49,892 bases of DNA from the NCBI GenBank assembly GCA_964342625.1, contig CAYFGC010000001.1, forward strand, positions 1-49,892, read 5' to 3'. Shown one piece after another: positions 9,547 through 18,545 of this stretch; the stretch's first letter is position 1, and the number at the start of each line of letters is the position of its first letter. Below the pieces are notes generated by a model. The model was not told the DNA's origin. It made no database searches and worked only from the letters and a program-made list of their open reading frames with translations. The DNA comes from an uncultured Candidatus Poseidoniales archaeon (GTDB taxonomy: Archaea; Thermoplasmatota; Poseidoniia; Poseidoniales; Thalassarchaeaceae). Both the position numbers and the translations under genes were made by a program.

Positions 9547-10569
9547 TCACACAGGTGAGAAGTCCAACAGTACCTTCCCTCGATTTTTCCTATTATGCAT
9601 GTGCATCTGCGCATCCGCCACCTTTTCGAATCGCCACACGGAATCTATTACTGGATCTATCTCTCCCTTCTCCAGCATCTCGGACAAAGAAGCAAGATGC
9701 CCCTTGAAAACCGTCTCATCCTCAAGGAGACCCATATGGACTCCGAAAACTGCCTTGTTTGAAGTCATGAGCTTGAGGGGGTCGAATCTAGGCATGCCCC
9801 ACCACATTCTCAATTCCGACAACCTAGATCTCCTCTCTCCCTTGACCGCTGCAGATGCTCCGAAGTAGTACAATTTCCCCCCCTTCCGAAGAGACTTGTA
9901 TGAGCGTAGCAGATGACTGCCGCCAACGGGGTCGATGGCATGGTGAACTCCTTTCCCATCGGTTAAATCCTTGCAGACTTCTTCGAAGTCCTCCCTCTCC
10001 CTATCTACGAATCTCATTCCCATCGATTCGACAAAATCCCTCTTCGGGGTGGAGGCAGTTCCCACTATCAATGAAGAGTCAAAGGACCGACATATCTGGG
10101 CCACTGCAGTCCCAACTCCGCCAGCAGCGTGATGGATGAGGACCGAATCTCCCTTGCTAATTCTGCCTAGGTGAACTAGCATGTGGAATGCAGTACCATA
10201 GGTGACTGGAATTGCAGCCGCTTGATCGAAAGAGACCGAGTCTGGTATGGGGATAACTCTTCTAGCGTCCAGACAGACCTTTTCCGAATATCCGCCGAAT
10301 CCGGTCATCGCTAGTACTCGGTCGCCTTCCTTCAGATTTTCCACCCGGTCCCCGACTCCGATTAGTACGCCCGATGCCTCGTATCCAGGGGTGAATGGGA
10401 AGTCCGGACTAGAGCCGTATAGCCCCTGCCTCATCATCAACTCTGCGAAGTTAATGCCTGCCCTGTGGATTCTGACACATACCTGGTCGCTTTGTGGAAC
10501 CGGGTCACTTTCTTCCACAATCTGGATCGTCTCGACACCACCTGCCCTAGGATAGACAATTTTCCTCAT
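9547..10569 (-). CDS. zinc-type alcohol dehydrogenase / quinone oxidoreductase (MDR superfamily)
   Basis: GroES-like N-domain (GINFAELMMRQGLY, PFTPGYEASG) and Rossmann motif HHAAGGVGTAVAQI. The stop abuts the aIF2-beta stop with 0 nt between them. Confidence 0.85.
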   Translation of the reverse strand: MRKIVYPRAGGVETIQIVEESDPVPQSDQVCVRIHRAGINFAELMMRQGLYGSSPDFPFTPGYEASGVLIGVGDRVENLKEGDRVLAMTGFGGYSEKVCLDARRVIPIPDSVSFDQAAAIPVTYGTAFHMLVHLGRISKGDSVLIHHAAGGVGTAVAQICRSFDSSLIVGTASTPKRDFVESMGMRFVDREREDFEEVCKDLTDGKGVHHAIDPVGGSHLLRSYKSLRKGGKLYYFGASAAVKGERRSRLSELRMWWGMPRFDPLKLMTSNKAVFGVHMGLLEDETVFKGHLASLSEMLEKGEIDPVIDSVWRFEKVADAQMHMHNRKNRGKVLLDFSPV

Positions 10570-10606
10570 TCAAATTCCCCGTACTAACTTACTCTATACC
10601 AAATCA

Positions 10607-11185
10607 TCATTCGATGTATTCTCTAATTTCGTCTAGCCCCTTCTTGTTCTTAGATGGAACCCCTCCTGAGGGATAGCCAATCTTGATGAAGCCAATTATC
10701 CGTTCTTCATCTGAAGAAGCACCGATCGCACCATAGGAAACCTCTGAGCGAGTAATAGCACCAGTGCTCCACTGGGATCCGATTCCATTGCCCCACAGGG
10801 AAAGTACCATGTTGTGCGTTGCACATACAGTAGCAGCATAGTCTTCCTCTTCTCTAAATGGGTCTTGGGGGCTCAAGGCGCTAGTCACGCAGATTAGAAC
10901 AGGAGGTGACAGGATCTTGTCCACTGCCTTGGAAATGCCTGCCGCTGCATCCTCCCCATCGGAGACTTTCTTCTCAGCCAGTCTTTTTACCTCGGGAATT
11001 ATTTCTTTTCGGGCTTCCTTGCCCATGACGTAGAATTTCCAAGGATGGGTATTCTTGTGACAAGGAGCATTCCTAGCCGCATCAAAGGCCAACTCCAGTG
11101 TTTCTGTGTCTATTTTCTCGTCACTGAATCTGTAGATGGTGCGTCTTGAGGTAAGTATATCCTGGAATTCGGGCATTTCCCTCAC
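10607..11185 (-). CDS. nitroreductase-family flavoprotein
   Basis: SRRTIYRFSD, AARNAPCHKNTHPWKFYV and the C-terminal dimer-swap region are typical of the NfsA/NfsB-like nitroreductase fold. GTG at 11185 overlaps the upstream stop (GTGA); an alternative ATG lies at 11176. Confidence 0.8.
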   Translation of the reverse strand: MREMPEFQDILTSRRTIYRFSDEKIDTETLELAFDAARNAPCHKNTHPWKFYVMGKEARKEIIPEVKRLAEKKVSDGEDAAAGISKAVDKILSPPVLICVTSALSPQDPFREEEDYAATVCATHNMVLSLWGNGIGSQWSTGAITRSEVSYGAIGASSDEERIIGFIKIGYPSGGVPSKNKKGLDEIREYIE

Positions 11186-11514
11186 CGTTCGATTGCATCG
11201 AACTTGGAAGCTAGCACGAAGTCTGACTCAGTCAACGCGTCGATTTTATGCGTGTAAATTACGGCTACCAATTTGCCCCATCCAAGGTTGAAGTCAGCAT
11301 GGTGTGATTGCTCCTCGCATATCTCTCCAAGTGAGTTGGTAAATTCAAGTGCTGTTGCAAAGTCTGGAAAGTCCCAGGTTCTGGTAATATGATGGTTCTC
11401 CACTAGCTCCCAATCATCATGTATTTGGGCTAGGAATGACGCAGACTCTTCTTCATTCAGAGGTGGAACCCCTCCCTCGCAAGGGACACAGTCCATAGCA
11501 GATAGTTTATCCAA
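11182..11514 (-). CDS. pterin-4a-carbinolamine dehydratase (PCD/DCoH family)
   Basis: 110 aa. W-x-L/V ... EEQSHHADFNLGWGKLVAVIYTHKIDALTESDFVLA matches the PCD signature (HHP-x...TH...GLT..D). Confidence 0.85.
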   Translation of the reverse strand: MDKLSAMDCVPCEGGVPPLNEEESASFLAQIHDDWELVENHHITRTWDFPDFATALEFTNSLGEICEEQSHHADFNLGWGKLVAVIYTHKIDALTESDFVLASKFDAIER

Positions 11515-11518
11515 TCAT

Positions 11519-11971
11519 TCACCCCCATGAAAGGTTGTTCCCATGCCCCTCACTGGTCTTCTCAGCCATCTCGTGGACCTCTGATCTCCTCTTCATGTCG
11601 TCCTTCTCGAATTTTAGTAACTCCTCATCCTCAATGTACGTTTTCCTCAGATGCGTGACTAGTCTTACTTCCACAATAGCATCACGAGAAATCGACCTGA
11701 ATTCTCCATTCTCATCTAGCACATCTATCGAAGAACTCCTGCCTCCAACCATCATCCCACGAACCCATGGGTCTCTGTCATCAGGCAGCATCCTTCTGTC
11801 CAGCAGCATCTCGACCAAGTCATCCTTCCTCAGCCCGTATTTCCTATCGAGAAGCGGACCGTGGAAGACGTCTCCAAGATCATCTAGACTCGGAGACCCA
11901 TAATCCTCTAAGAAGCTATAAGCCCATGGGGGCAAATCGGACTCTTTCCCGCCACCAGCTGCGTCGGACAC
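11519..11971 (-). CDS. hypothetical acidic protein, first gene of the PCD-nitroreductase operon
   Basis: 150-aa ORF whose stop lies 4 nt before the PCD start. No motif recognised. Confidence 0.5.
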   Translation of the reverse strand: MSDAAGGGKESDLPPWAYSFLEDYGSPSLDDLGDVFHGPLLDRKYGLRKDDLVEMLLDRRMLPDDRDPWVRGMMVGGRSSSIDVLDENGEFRSISRDAIVEVRLVTHLRKTYIEDEELLKFEKDDMKRRSEVHEMAEKTSEGHGNNLSWG

Positions 11972-12014
11972 ATGCCTTCGTTCCGCCAGTCATAGAAAAA
12001 CCAACGGGTCGCCT

Positions 12015-13124
12015 ATGGCCATCATTTTGCACCATACATTACTAATGATTGAAGTGCAATACCGTGGCGGAGTCGTCGGAGGTAGTTGCTTGGCATCGGT
12101 TGAATGGAGGTCGATTCCGACCGTACTTTACCCTCAGGAGATTCTTGACAAGGCATTTGGAAGGGCGAGCAGTCAGGCGGATTTAGTAGAGGATCCGGAC
12201 AAGTACCATCGTGTCAGGAAGCAGATGAGTCGGATGGTGCAGTCTGCTTGCGACGTCGCGACAAAGACCCTAAACTCGTATGTTGGCAGGTGGCCTAGCC
12301 TAAACGCGTTATCCGAGTTCGACCAGGCGCTCGTTGACGCGGCAGTCGGGTGTGACGATTACAAAAAGAACCTAGCAGCATTGCAATGGGCCGCAGAGAG
12401 GTCACAGAGGATTTCTGGAGAGGCACAGTCAAAGATTCTCAGACTTAGAGATATTGACGGATTCCACAAGGCTAGGAGGCACGCATATGGGCGATTATCC
12501 TCAATTATTGACCAGATTTCACCTCAGATATTGTGGTTGGGAGAAGCTCGCGACGTTCTTCGAAAACTTCCCTCTACCGATCCATTCGAACCTTGCATTG
12601 TCGTGGCCGGGTCACCCAATGTCGGAAAATCCGCATTAATTGGTGCGCTGTCGAGTGGGGAGCCCCAGGTCGCATCTTACCCATTTACAACCAAGCAAAT
12701 ACACCTTGGTCACTTCACACATCGCCGGAGAGTGTACCAGATGGTGGATACCCCTGGTCTTCTAGATAGGCCAATGACTGAGAGAAACCAGATTGAGATG
12801 CAGGCGATTGCCGCTCTGGAGCATCTTGGGGACGTCCTATTGTTTCTGATTGATAGGACTGATGATTCGACAACTCCGGTTTCTGAGCAAGAGCACCTCC
12901 TAGGGGAGGTGAGGGGTTTACTGTCCGGTCGGAGAGTCCTCGTGGTTTCGACCAAGTCCGATCTCATCGAGGAAAATGAATCTCAAGACGATCACAGAAT
13001 CAGCTCAATTACCGGGGATGGATTAGAGGAACTGAGGACTAATCTAATCGAGATAATTGACGCAGATAGGGTGGAAGATCCGCTGTCGCTCCCTGAACAT
13101 TGGCCTCGTCAAGATGAGAACTAG
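12015..13124 (+). CDS. Nog1-type GTP-binding protein
   Basis: IPTVLYPQEILDKAFGRA N-terminal NOG1 domain. G1 GSPNVGKS, G2 YPFTT, G3 DTPGLLDRP, G4 STKSD. The true start may be later (in-frame TTG at 12090), because the first ~25 codons look non-native. Confidence 0.85.
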   Translation: MAIILHHTLLMIEVQYRGGVVGGSCLASVEWRSIPTVLYPQEILDKAFGRASSQADLVEDPDKYHRVRKQMSRMVQSACDVATKTLNSYVGRWPSLNALSEFDQALVDAAVGCDDYKKNLAALQWAAERSQRISGEAQSKILRLRDIDGFHKARRHAYGRLSSIIDQISPQILWLGEARDVLRKLPSTDPFEPCIVVAGSPNVGKSALIGALSSGEPQVASYPFTTKQIHLGHFTHRRRVYQMVDTPGLLDRPMTERNQIEMQAIAALEHLGDVLLFLIDRTDDSTTPVSEQEHLLGEVRGLLSGRRVLVVSTKSDLIEENESQDDHRISSITGDGLEELRTNLIEIIDADRVEDPLSLPEHWPRQDEN

Positions 13125-13137
13125 ATACACCCTGGAA

Positions 13138-13254
13138 TTATACGTGCCACGAATGGCCGCATACTACGCAGTAGAAGTTGTGCCCGCCATATGACTCAGG
13201 AAGGCCCGTGACGTCCACCTCAGACCCGCAGTTGGGGCATTTTGTCACACGCAT
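13138..13254 (-). CDS. candidate 38-aa zinc-ribbon miniprotein (below the ORF-track cutoff)
   Basis: My translation of the minus strand is MRVTKCPNCGSEVDVTGLPESYGGHNFYCVVCGHSWHV*. It has two CxxC knuckles 19 residues apart and fills an otherwise empty 181-bp gap on the same strand as the upstream gene. Confidence 0.4.
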   Translation of the reverse strand: MRVTKCPNCGSEVDVTGLPESYGGHNFYCVVCGHSWHV

Positions 13255-13305
13255 GACCTATCCAATGCGGATTGGTTATTCAACGATACTGAGGAAGACC
13301 CACCT

Positions 13306-13887
13306 CTAACCCTGCATTCGCTTCAGGAGGTTCCTAATCGGAAAAGCCATCTCCCCGGCCCCAAGCAGCAGCAGTCCAGAGGTAGCAGCTAGAATTATCT
13401 CAACGAAATTGTCTAAGTGTATCCTCGAGGTCACCTCCACCAACTGCTCATCGAGATCAGACCCCTCGTAACCAGCAGTTATGAAGCGGTAGGAACCAGG
13501 ATCGAGCTCGAAACTCAGTGAACCTTCATTCTGTGGGCCTCCCGCAACTAGGAACTCTTCAATTTCTTCTTCTGTGCACATGGTAAGCCCGAAACCATCC
13601 GGAGGACATTCTTCTGCAGCAGAGGAATCTACCACCCCCAACCATCCCCTATCTGGCTCATTCCACTCGACATCGAGAGTGATTTCTAATAGTCCGAATG
13701 CCGTTGGAACGTCCAAATCCTCATCCATCATTGCGACATAGCACCCCGAGTCATCATCAGAGCAGGGGACAATAGGAACTCGACTGCCATTAGCGGGTGT
13801 TTGGTATCCAATTAGGCTCAGAACCAGAATCAGGGCGCACAGCAATCCGACCAACATCGGTAGAATGGAAAGGACCCTGACCATCAT
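13306..13887 (-). CDS. hypothetical bitopic protein (N-terminal signal anchor, acidic Cys-containing ectodomain, C-terminal TM)
   Basis: 193 aa. N-terminal LSILPMLVGLLCALILVLSLIG and C-terminal IILAATSGLLLLGAG hydrophobic segments. The extracellular part is acidic with 4 Cys. Confidence 0.55.
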   Translation of the reverse strand: MMVRVLSILPMLVGLLCALILVLSLIGYQTPANGSRVPIVPCSDDDSGCYVAMMDEDLDVPTAFGLLEITLDVEWNEPDRGWLGVVDSSAAEECPPDGFGLTMCTEEEIEEFLVAGGPQNEGSLSFELDPGSYRFITAGYEGSDLDEQLVEVTSRIHLDNFVEIILAATSGLLLLGAGEMAFPIRNLLKRMQG

Positions 13888-13915
13888 TCTAACATTCCTC
13901 CTGGTTCAAAGCGAT

Positions 13916-14224
13916 TTAACCTGACGCCCCCATGATAATCTGTAATGCAAGTAGTCCAACGAAGATTGCAATACCGAAGTACATCAAGAAGCTGAACCTT
14001 TTCCTTGTTTTCTCTCGCCGTTCAAACATTGTTTGGCAACCATCATCACCACATATCGAAGGTTCGCTATCTAATGAGATAGGCTTCCAGCAAACTGAAC
14101 AATGCCTGTGCGGCTCTACCGCGACTCTCGTTCTTGACTTGCTACCCCTGTTCGACGCTGCTGCGTGAGCCTGCTTCGCAGTCCTCTTTGCCGCCTTTAG
14201 GATGGTATCTTTCCTGCTAGCCAT
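13916..14224 (-). CDS. small zinc-ribbon membrane protein (DUF2116-like)
   Basis: Basic N-terminus, HRHCSVCWKPI...CGDDGC zinc-ribbon-like motif, then a C-terminal TM (FLMYFGIAIFVGLLALQII). The start overlaps the pyrH stop (TAATG). Confidence 0.55.
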   Translation of the reverse strand: MASRKDTILKAAKRTAKQAHAAASNRGSKSRTRVAVEPHRHCSVCWKPISLDSEPSICGDDGCQTMFERREKTRKRFSFLMYFGIAIFVGLLALQIIMGASG

Positions 14225-14925
14225 TAGACCCTCACCTTCGTCCCCTCGAAATCATCACCTTCTAGTGATTTCTTGATTACTTGAGTGTCCCTGCCGTCAA
14301 GCACATCCAGGGGCATCGAATGGTCAACCGCCTCGCCCACGCCAATCGGGTCAACGACCTGGGAAGTACCTGCCTCTGCATGTTCTGGTGGTCCCACTAT
14401 CTGTTGCAATTCTCTTAGTGTCAGCTCATCGAAGGATTCTGCATCATGATTATCTCTGGGATCCTGTGAATAGACGTGAGAGACATTAGTAGCGATTACA
14501 CACTTCTCAGCCCCGCTTTGTATCGCCAACCTAATCGCAACTGCATCGGTGGTGTGCCCTGGCTCGGTCCCCCCCATTACCACAACATCACAATTCTCCA
14601 ATTCTAAAGCCGCTTCTGCTGTGCTTTCTGGAATTTTTCTTGATACTGCAAGACCTCCTTCTGAAATGGCCTCTCTGACAATGGTTGCGTTGAGCCTCGT
14701 TGCGGCAATTCCAATCCGGTCCAAGTGAGCCACATCTTCAATAAATGGCTTGGCTAATTCTATTCCCTCCCGAGCTGGGGCTCCACCTCCAACCACCAAG
14801 GCAACCTTTGACCCCGATTCTACACTTGCAACAATTACGCTGACCAAACTCTGTAACCAGTTGTGCCTCTCTTCGACTTCTGGCCTAAGCAAACTCCCGC
14901 CGAGCGCAACAACAACCGTCGCCAT
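14224..14925 (-). CDS. pyrH: uridylate (UMP) kinase, archaeal type
   Basis: VVALGGSLL, VVGGGAPAR and GHTTDAVA amino-acid-kinase fold motifs. The 233-aa length is typical of archaeal PyrH. Confidence 0.85.
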   Translation of the reverse strand: MATVVVALGGSLLRPEVEERHNWLQSLVSVIVASVESGSKVALVVGGGAPAREGIELAKPFIEDVAHLDRIGIAATRLNATIVREAISEGGLAVSRKIPESTAEAALELENCDVVVMGGTEPGHTTDAVAIRLAIQSGAEKCVIATNVSHVYSQDPRDNHDAESFDELTLRELQQIVGPPEHAEAGTSQVVDPIGVGEAVDHSMPLDVLDGRDTQVIKKSLEGDDFEGTKVRV

Positions 14926-15021
14926 CGACCATAGGTTGGCACCTTGCCTTTCAATACGTATGCTCTACTGGCGCTGAAGGGTTGAAATGCCGCCCGTGAT
15001 GGCAAATCACGGAGGAGTATC

Positions 15022-16269
15022 ATGTCTGACGAGATAGCGCAGCAGCAGCGTAGGCTCCGACTCAAGAAGTCACTGGCCGAACTCTCCGGAATGAAGGGCA
15101 TGGGGACTGAGTTGGTAACCGTCATAATCCCGCCTGATAGAATGATTAGCGATGTTCGTCAACATCTTGGAAATGAGGCCGGTCAAGCAGCCAACATCAA
15201 GTCAAAATCCACGAAGAAACATGTTACTGATGCCATAGAATCAGCAATCTCCACAATTAATCGGTACAAGACGCCCGGAGAGTCTGGAATCGCAATTTTC
15301 GTCGGCCACGTAATCGTTGGAAACAACAAGACTAGACTCATGTCTACAGTAATTGATGACCCTCCCGAACCATTCCCATCATTCAGGTACAGGTGCGATT
15401 CAACATTCGAAATCAGCCAGTTGGAAGAGATGCTAATCGATCGAACTTCGTATGCCCTTTTCGTGATAGATAGATCCGAGGCAGCTTATGGTTTGGCATC
15501 AGGAAAAAGGCTTCATTGCCAAGAACATATCACTTCACTAGTTCCCTCGAAGCATGGCAGAGGGGGGCAATCCGCACAGAGGTTCGAGAGACTGATCGAG
15601 GAGGCCGCTCATAACTTCTTCAAGAAAGCAGCAGAGAGGGCGTCAAACTATTGGCTCCCAATGGTCCAGGATTTGAAGGGGGTTATCATTGGAGGACCAG
15701 GAGCGACAAAGGACTTCGTCGTGAAGAATGACTACTTTCATCACGAAATAAAGAAACTGATTGCCGAACCTTTCTTTGACGTCGGGTATTCCAACGAAAG
15801 CGGCCTAAGGGAATTGATTCAACGTGCCGGCTCAACGATGGATCAGATCGAGCTAGATGTCGAACGGACAATCGTCGATGAATTCTTGCAGGAGGTGATG
15901 AAATCAAATCCAAAGGCGACTTATGGGGAGATGATGATTCGTTCCGCACTGGACCAAGGGGCAGTTTCCACTCTTCTACTATCAGAGGCACTAACAAAGA
16001 GGAGAGTCACGTGGTTCTGCAAGGCTTGCAAGAACGAGTGGGTAAGGACGCATGAAAAGTCCAGTTCAACCCCATCTTGCCCTGATTGCAAATCAGAAAA
16101 GGTCATTGAGGACGAGGAGAATTCAGAGGATCTTATCGACGAACTAACAATATTGGCTGGCCACACTTCCGCAAAGGTCAGGCTAATCTCTCTGGATACC
16201 GAGGAGGGTTCGACACTCAATACGGCATTCGGCGGAATTGCCGCATTGTTGAGGTACCCAATTTCTTGA
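15022..16269 (+). CDS. prf1: peptide chain release factor aRF1
   Basis: NIKS stop-codon recognition motif (AANIKSKSTKK), GGQ motif (HGRGGQSAQRFERL), 415 aa. GGAGG lies 6 nt upstream of the ATG. Confidence 0.95.
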   Translation: MSDEIAQQQRRLRLKKSLAELSGMKGMGTELVTVIIPPDRMISDVRQHLGNEAGQAANIKSKSTKKHVTDAIESAISTINRYKTPGESGIAIFVGHVIVGNNKTRLMSTVIDDPPEPFPSFRYRCDSTFEISQLEEMLIDRTSYALFVIDRSEAAYGLASGKRLHCQEHITSLVPSKHGRGGQSAQRFERLIEEAAHNFFKKAAERASNYWLPMVQDLKGVIIGGPGATKDFVVKNDYFHHEIKKLIAEPFFDVGYSNESGLRELIQRAGSTMDQIELDVERTIVDEFLQEVMKSNPKATYGEMMIRSALDQGAVSTLLLSEALTKRRVTWFCKACKNEWVRTHEKSSSTPSCPDCKSEKVIEDEENSEDLIDELTILAGHTSAKVRLISLDTEEGSTLNTAFGGIAALLRYPIS

Positions 16270-16270
16270 G

Positions 16271-18040
16271 GTGATTTGGATTAGAGATCTAATTGATGAG
16301 ATAACCCCAACCTTCTCCAAAGCCATGAAATCACTGCAGGTGGATGATTCAGTGTGGCTTCCACTAATCGGAAGGGCAACTGTTGAGGATCATGGAGACA
16401 TCGCGCTTCCATGCCATTCTCTGGCAAGTAGGCTGAGAAAATCACCCCGGGATATAGCAGAGCAAATTTGTTCACTCGTCAAGGAAGATTTAGCCCCGAT
16501 TGCAAACGTCTCATCAATAAGTGGATTCGTTAACGTCACTGCAAAACCAGCATGGCTCTCGAGATCACTTTCGCTTCTCCTCTCTGATCCGAGATTGGGC
16601 ATCGAGTCAGAAAAGCCATTCACATTCGCCATCGACTATTCTGCTCCTAATGTAGCCAAGGAGATGCACGTCGGCCACCTGAGGTCCACGGTGATAGGTG
16701 ATTCCATAGTCAGAATGCTTGAGTTCAAGGGCCATAGGGCTATTCGGGAGAATCACGTAGGGGACTGGGGTACTCCATTCGGAATGTTGATCGAACACCT
16801 TCTAGATCTCGGCGAGGATCAGGCGGCAAACGAGTTGGGAGTGGGGGACCTGGATTCATTCTACAAACAGGCTAGGGAAAAATTTGTCTCGGATGATGAG
16901 TTTGCTGACAGATCCAGAAGCCGGGTGGTTCTTCTACAAGGGGGCGATTCAGAGACACTCCGTCTCTGGAGGATACTGGTTGATGAATCAATGAGGTACT
17001 TCAACGAGGTTTACTCGATGCTAGGAGTTCTACTAACCGATGAAGACATCAGAGGTGAGTCTAGCTATAGGGACTTACTTCCAGAGGTCGTTGAACGGCT
17101 CAAGGACGTAGGAATGCTGGAGGAGAGTGAGGGTGCAGATGTGGTGTTCCCGGGCGGATGGGTCAATCGGGAAGGTGACCCACTTCCGATGATAATTAGG
17201 AAGGCAGACGGAGGCTACAACTACAGCACATCAGATCTGGCATGCATTATCGATAGGGTAGAGAGGATAGGTTGTGATGGGTTTCTGTATGTAGTAGGAA
17301 CCCCTCAAAAGCAGCACTTCGAGATGGTTTTCCAAGTTGCTATCCAAGCCGGATTTATGGATGAAAATCATCAAGCAGTCCATGTCAACTTTGGCTCAGT
17401 TCTAGATACCGATGGGAAGGTTCTCAAGAGTCGAGAGGGCGAGGTAATCAAGCTACATGATCTACTCGATGAGGCGATAAGGAGGGCAGAGGATGCAATC
17501 AATGAGAAGAACCCGGACCTGGTTGGCGAGGAGAGGAAGCAGGTCGCCAGAACAGTGGGAATTGGTGCAGTGAAGTATGCAGACCTCTCCACTGAAAGGA
17601 CGAAAGACTACGTTTTCGATTGGGAGAGGATGCTATCCTTCGACGGAAATACGGCTCCATACCTACAATACGCATACGCCAGAATTTGCAGTATCTTCAG
17701 AAAGTGGGACGGAGATAGGGAGTCACTTAGGGAGAACTCCGAGTCTTTACTGGAAGATGACCTTGGCATACTAACAACAGAAGAACTGACACTAGCTCGT
17801 AGACTTGTAGAATTTCCATCAATAATGGATGACTCCATCTCTACGTTTAGTCCTCACAAGCTTTGCAAACACCTTCATTCGATAGCATCCTCATTTGCTT
17901 CCTTTTACGAAAATTGTAGCATCCTGAAGGAGGATAACGATGTGCTATCCAAAAGAAGACTTGCATTGTGCGATCTCACTGCTAGAGAGCTCCAACTTGG
18001 ATTGGGCATCATGGGAATAGATGTCCCAGAGAGAATGTGA
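16271..18040 (+). CDS. argS: arginyl-tRNA synthetase
   Basis: HIGH motif (MHVGHLRSTVIGD), the DALR anticodon-binding C-terminus ending in the typical ...GIDVPERM, 589 aa. The GTG start lies 1 nt after the aRF1 stop. Confidence 0.92.
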   Translation: MIWIRDLIDEITPTFSKAMKSLQVDDSVWLPLIGRATVEDHGDIALPCHSLASRLRKSPRDIAEQICSLVKEDLAPIANVSSISGFVNVTAKPAWLSRSLSLLLSDPRLGIESEKPFTFAIDYSAPNVAKEMHVGHLRSTVIGDSIVRMLEFKGHRAIRENHVGDWGTPFGMLIEHLLDLGEDQAANELGVGDLDSFYKQAREKFVSDDEFADRSRSRVVLLQGGDSETLRLWRILVDESMRYFNEVYSMLGVLLTDEDIRGESSYRDLLPEVVERLKDVGMLEESEGADVVFPGGWVNREGDPLPMIIRKADGGYNYSTSDLACIIDRVERIGCDGFLYVVGTPQKQHFEMVFQVAIQAGFMDENHQAVHVNFGSVLDTDGKVLKSREGEVIKLHDLLDEAIRRAEDAINEKNPDLVGEERKQVARTVGIGAVKYADLSTERTKDYVFDWERMLSFDGNTAPYLQYAYARICSIFRKWDGDRESLRENSESLLEDDLGILTTEELTLARRLVEFPSIMDDSISTFSPHKLCKHLHSIASSFASFYENCSILKEDNDVLSKRRLALCDLTARELQLGLGIMGIDVPERM

Positions 18041-18080
18041 ATCTAGGCATGTTCAAAATATGCAACCTCTCGCCTTCTCC

Positions 18081-18545
18081 ATGGTTAGAGTAGGAGACAA
18101 GGCCCCAGATTTTACATTGAAGAATGCCGCAAAAGAAGATGTAACACTATCCGAACATCGCGGAAAGACTGTGATTCTAGCATTCTATCCCGGAGCATTT
18201 ACTGGTGTTTGCGACAAAGAGATGTGCTCTCTTCAAGAAAATCTCGCCAACCTGAATGATTCCAATGCGAGTGTTTTGGGCATTAGCGTAGACTCTCCAT
18301 GGGCAAATGCAGAGTTTGCGAGGAGATACAACTTAGAATTCGAACTACTATCGGACCTAGATAGAGATGTAGTCGAGTCATACGATGCTAAATTCGTCGG
18401 ACTCGGTGGACTCGATGGTTATGTCTGCGCAAACCGTGTCATAATTATCATTGACAGCGAGGGTACGGTCCAGTATCGATGGGTTGCTGAGAATCCTGGT
18501 GTCGAGCCAGACTACGAAGAAGTTGTTTCCTTCTGCGCTGCCTAG
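18081..18545 (+). CDS. peroxiredoxin (AhpC/TSA-BCP family)
   Basis: VGDKAPDFTL...VILAFYPGAFTGVCDKEMC contains the peroxidatic T-x-x-C motif. ATG at 18081 was chosen over the longer ORF (18021), which overlaps argS. Confidence 0.85.
   Translation: MVRVGDKAPDFTLKNAAKEDVTLSEHRGKTVILAFYPGAFTGVCDKEMCSLQENLANLNDSNASVLGISVDSPWANAEFARRYNLEFELLSDLDRDVVESYDAKFVGLGGLDGYVCANRVIIIIDSEGTVQYRWVAENPGVEPDYEEVVSFCAA

Noticed and set aside
16015-16089. CxxC...CxxC zinc-ribbon-like insertion in the C-terminal domain of aRF1 (FCKAC ... CPDC)
   Set aside because: I believe a zinc-ribbon mini-domain at this position is common in archaeal aRF1 proteins, so it is not unusual.
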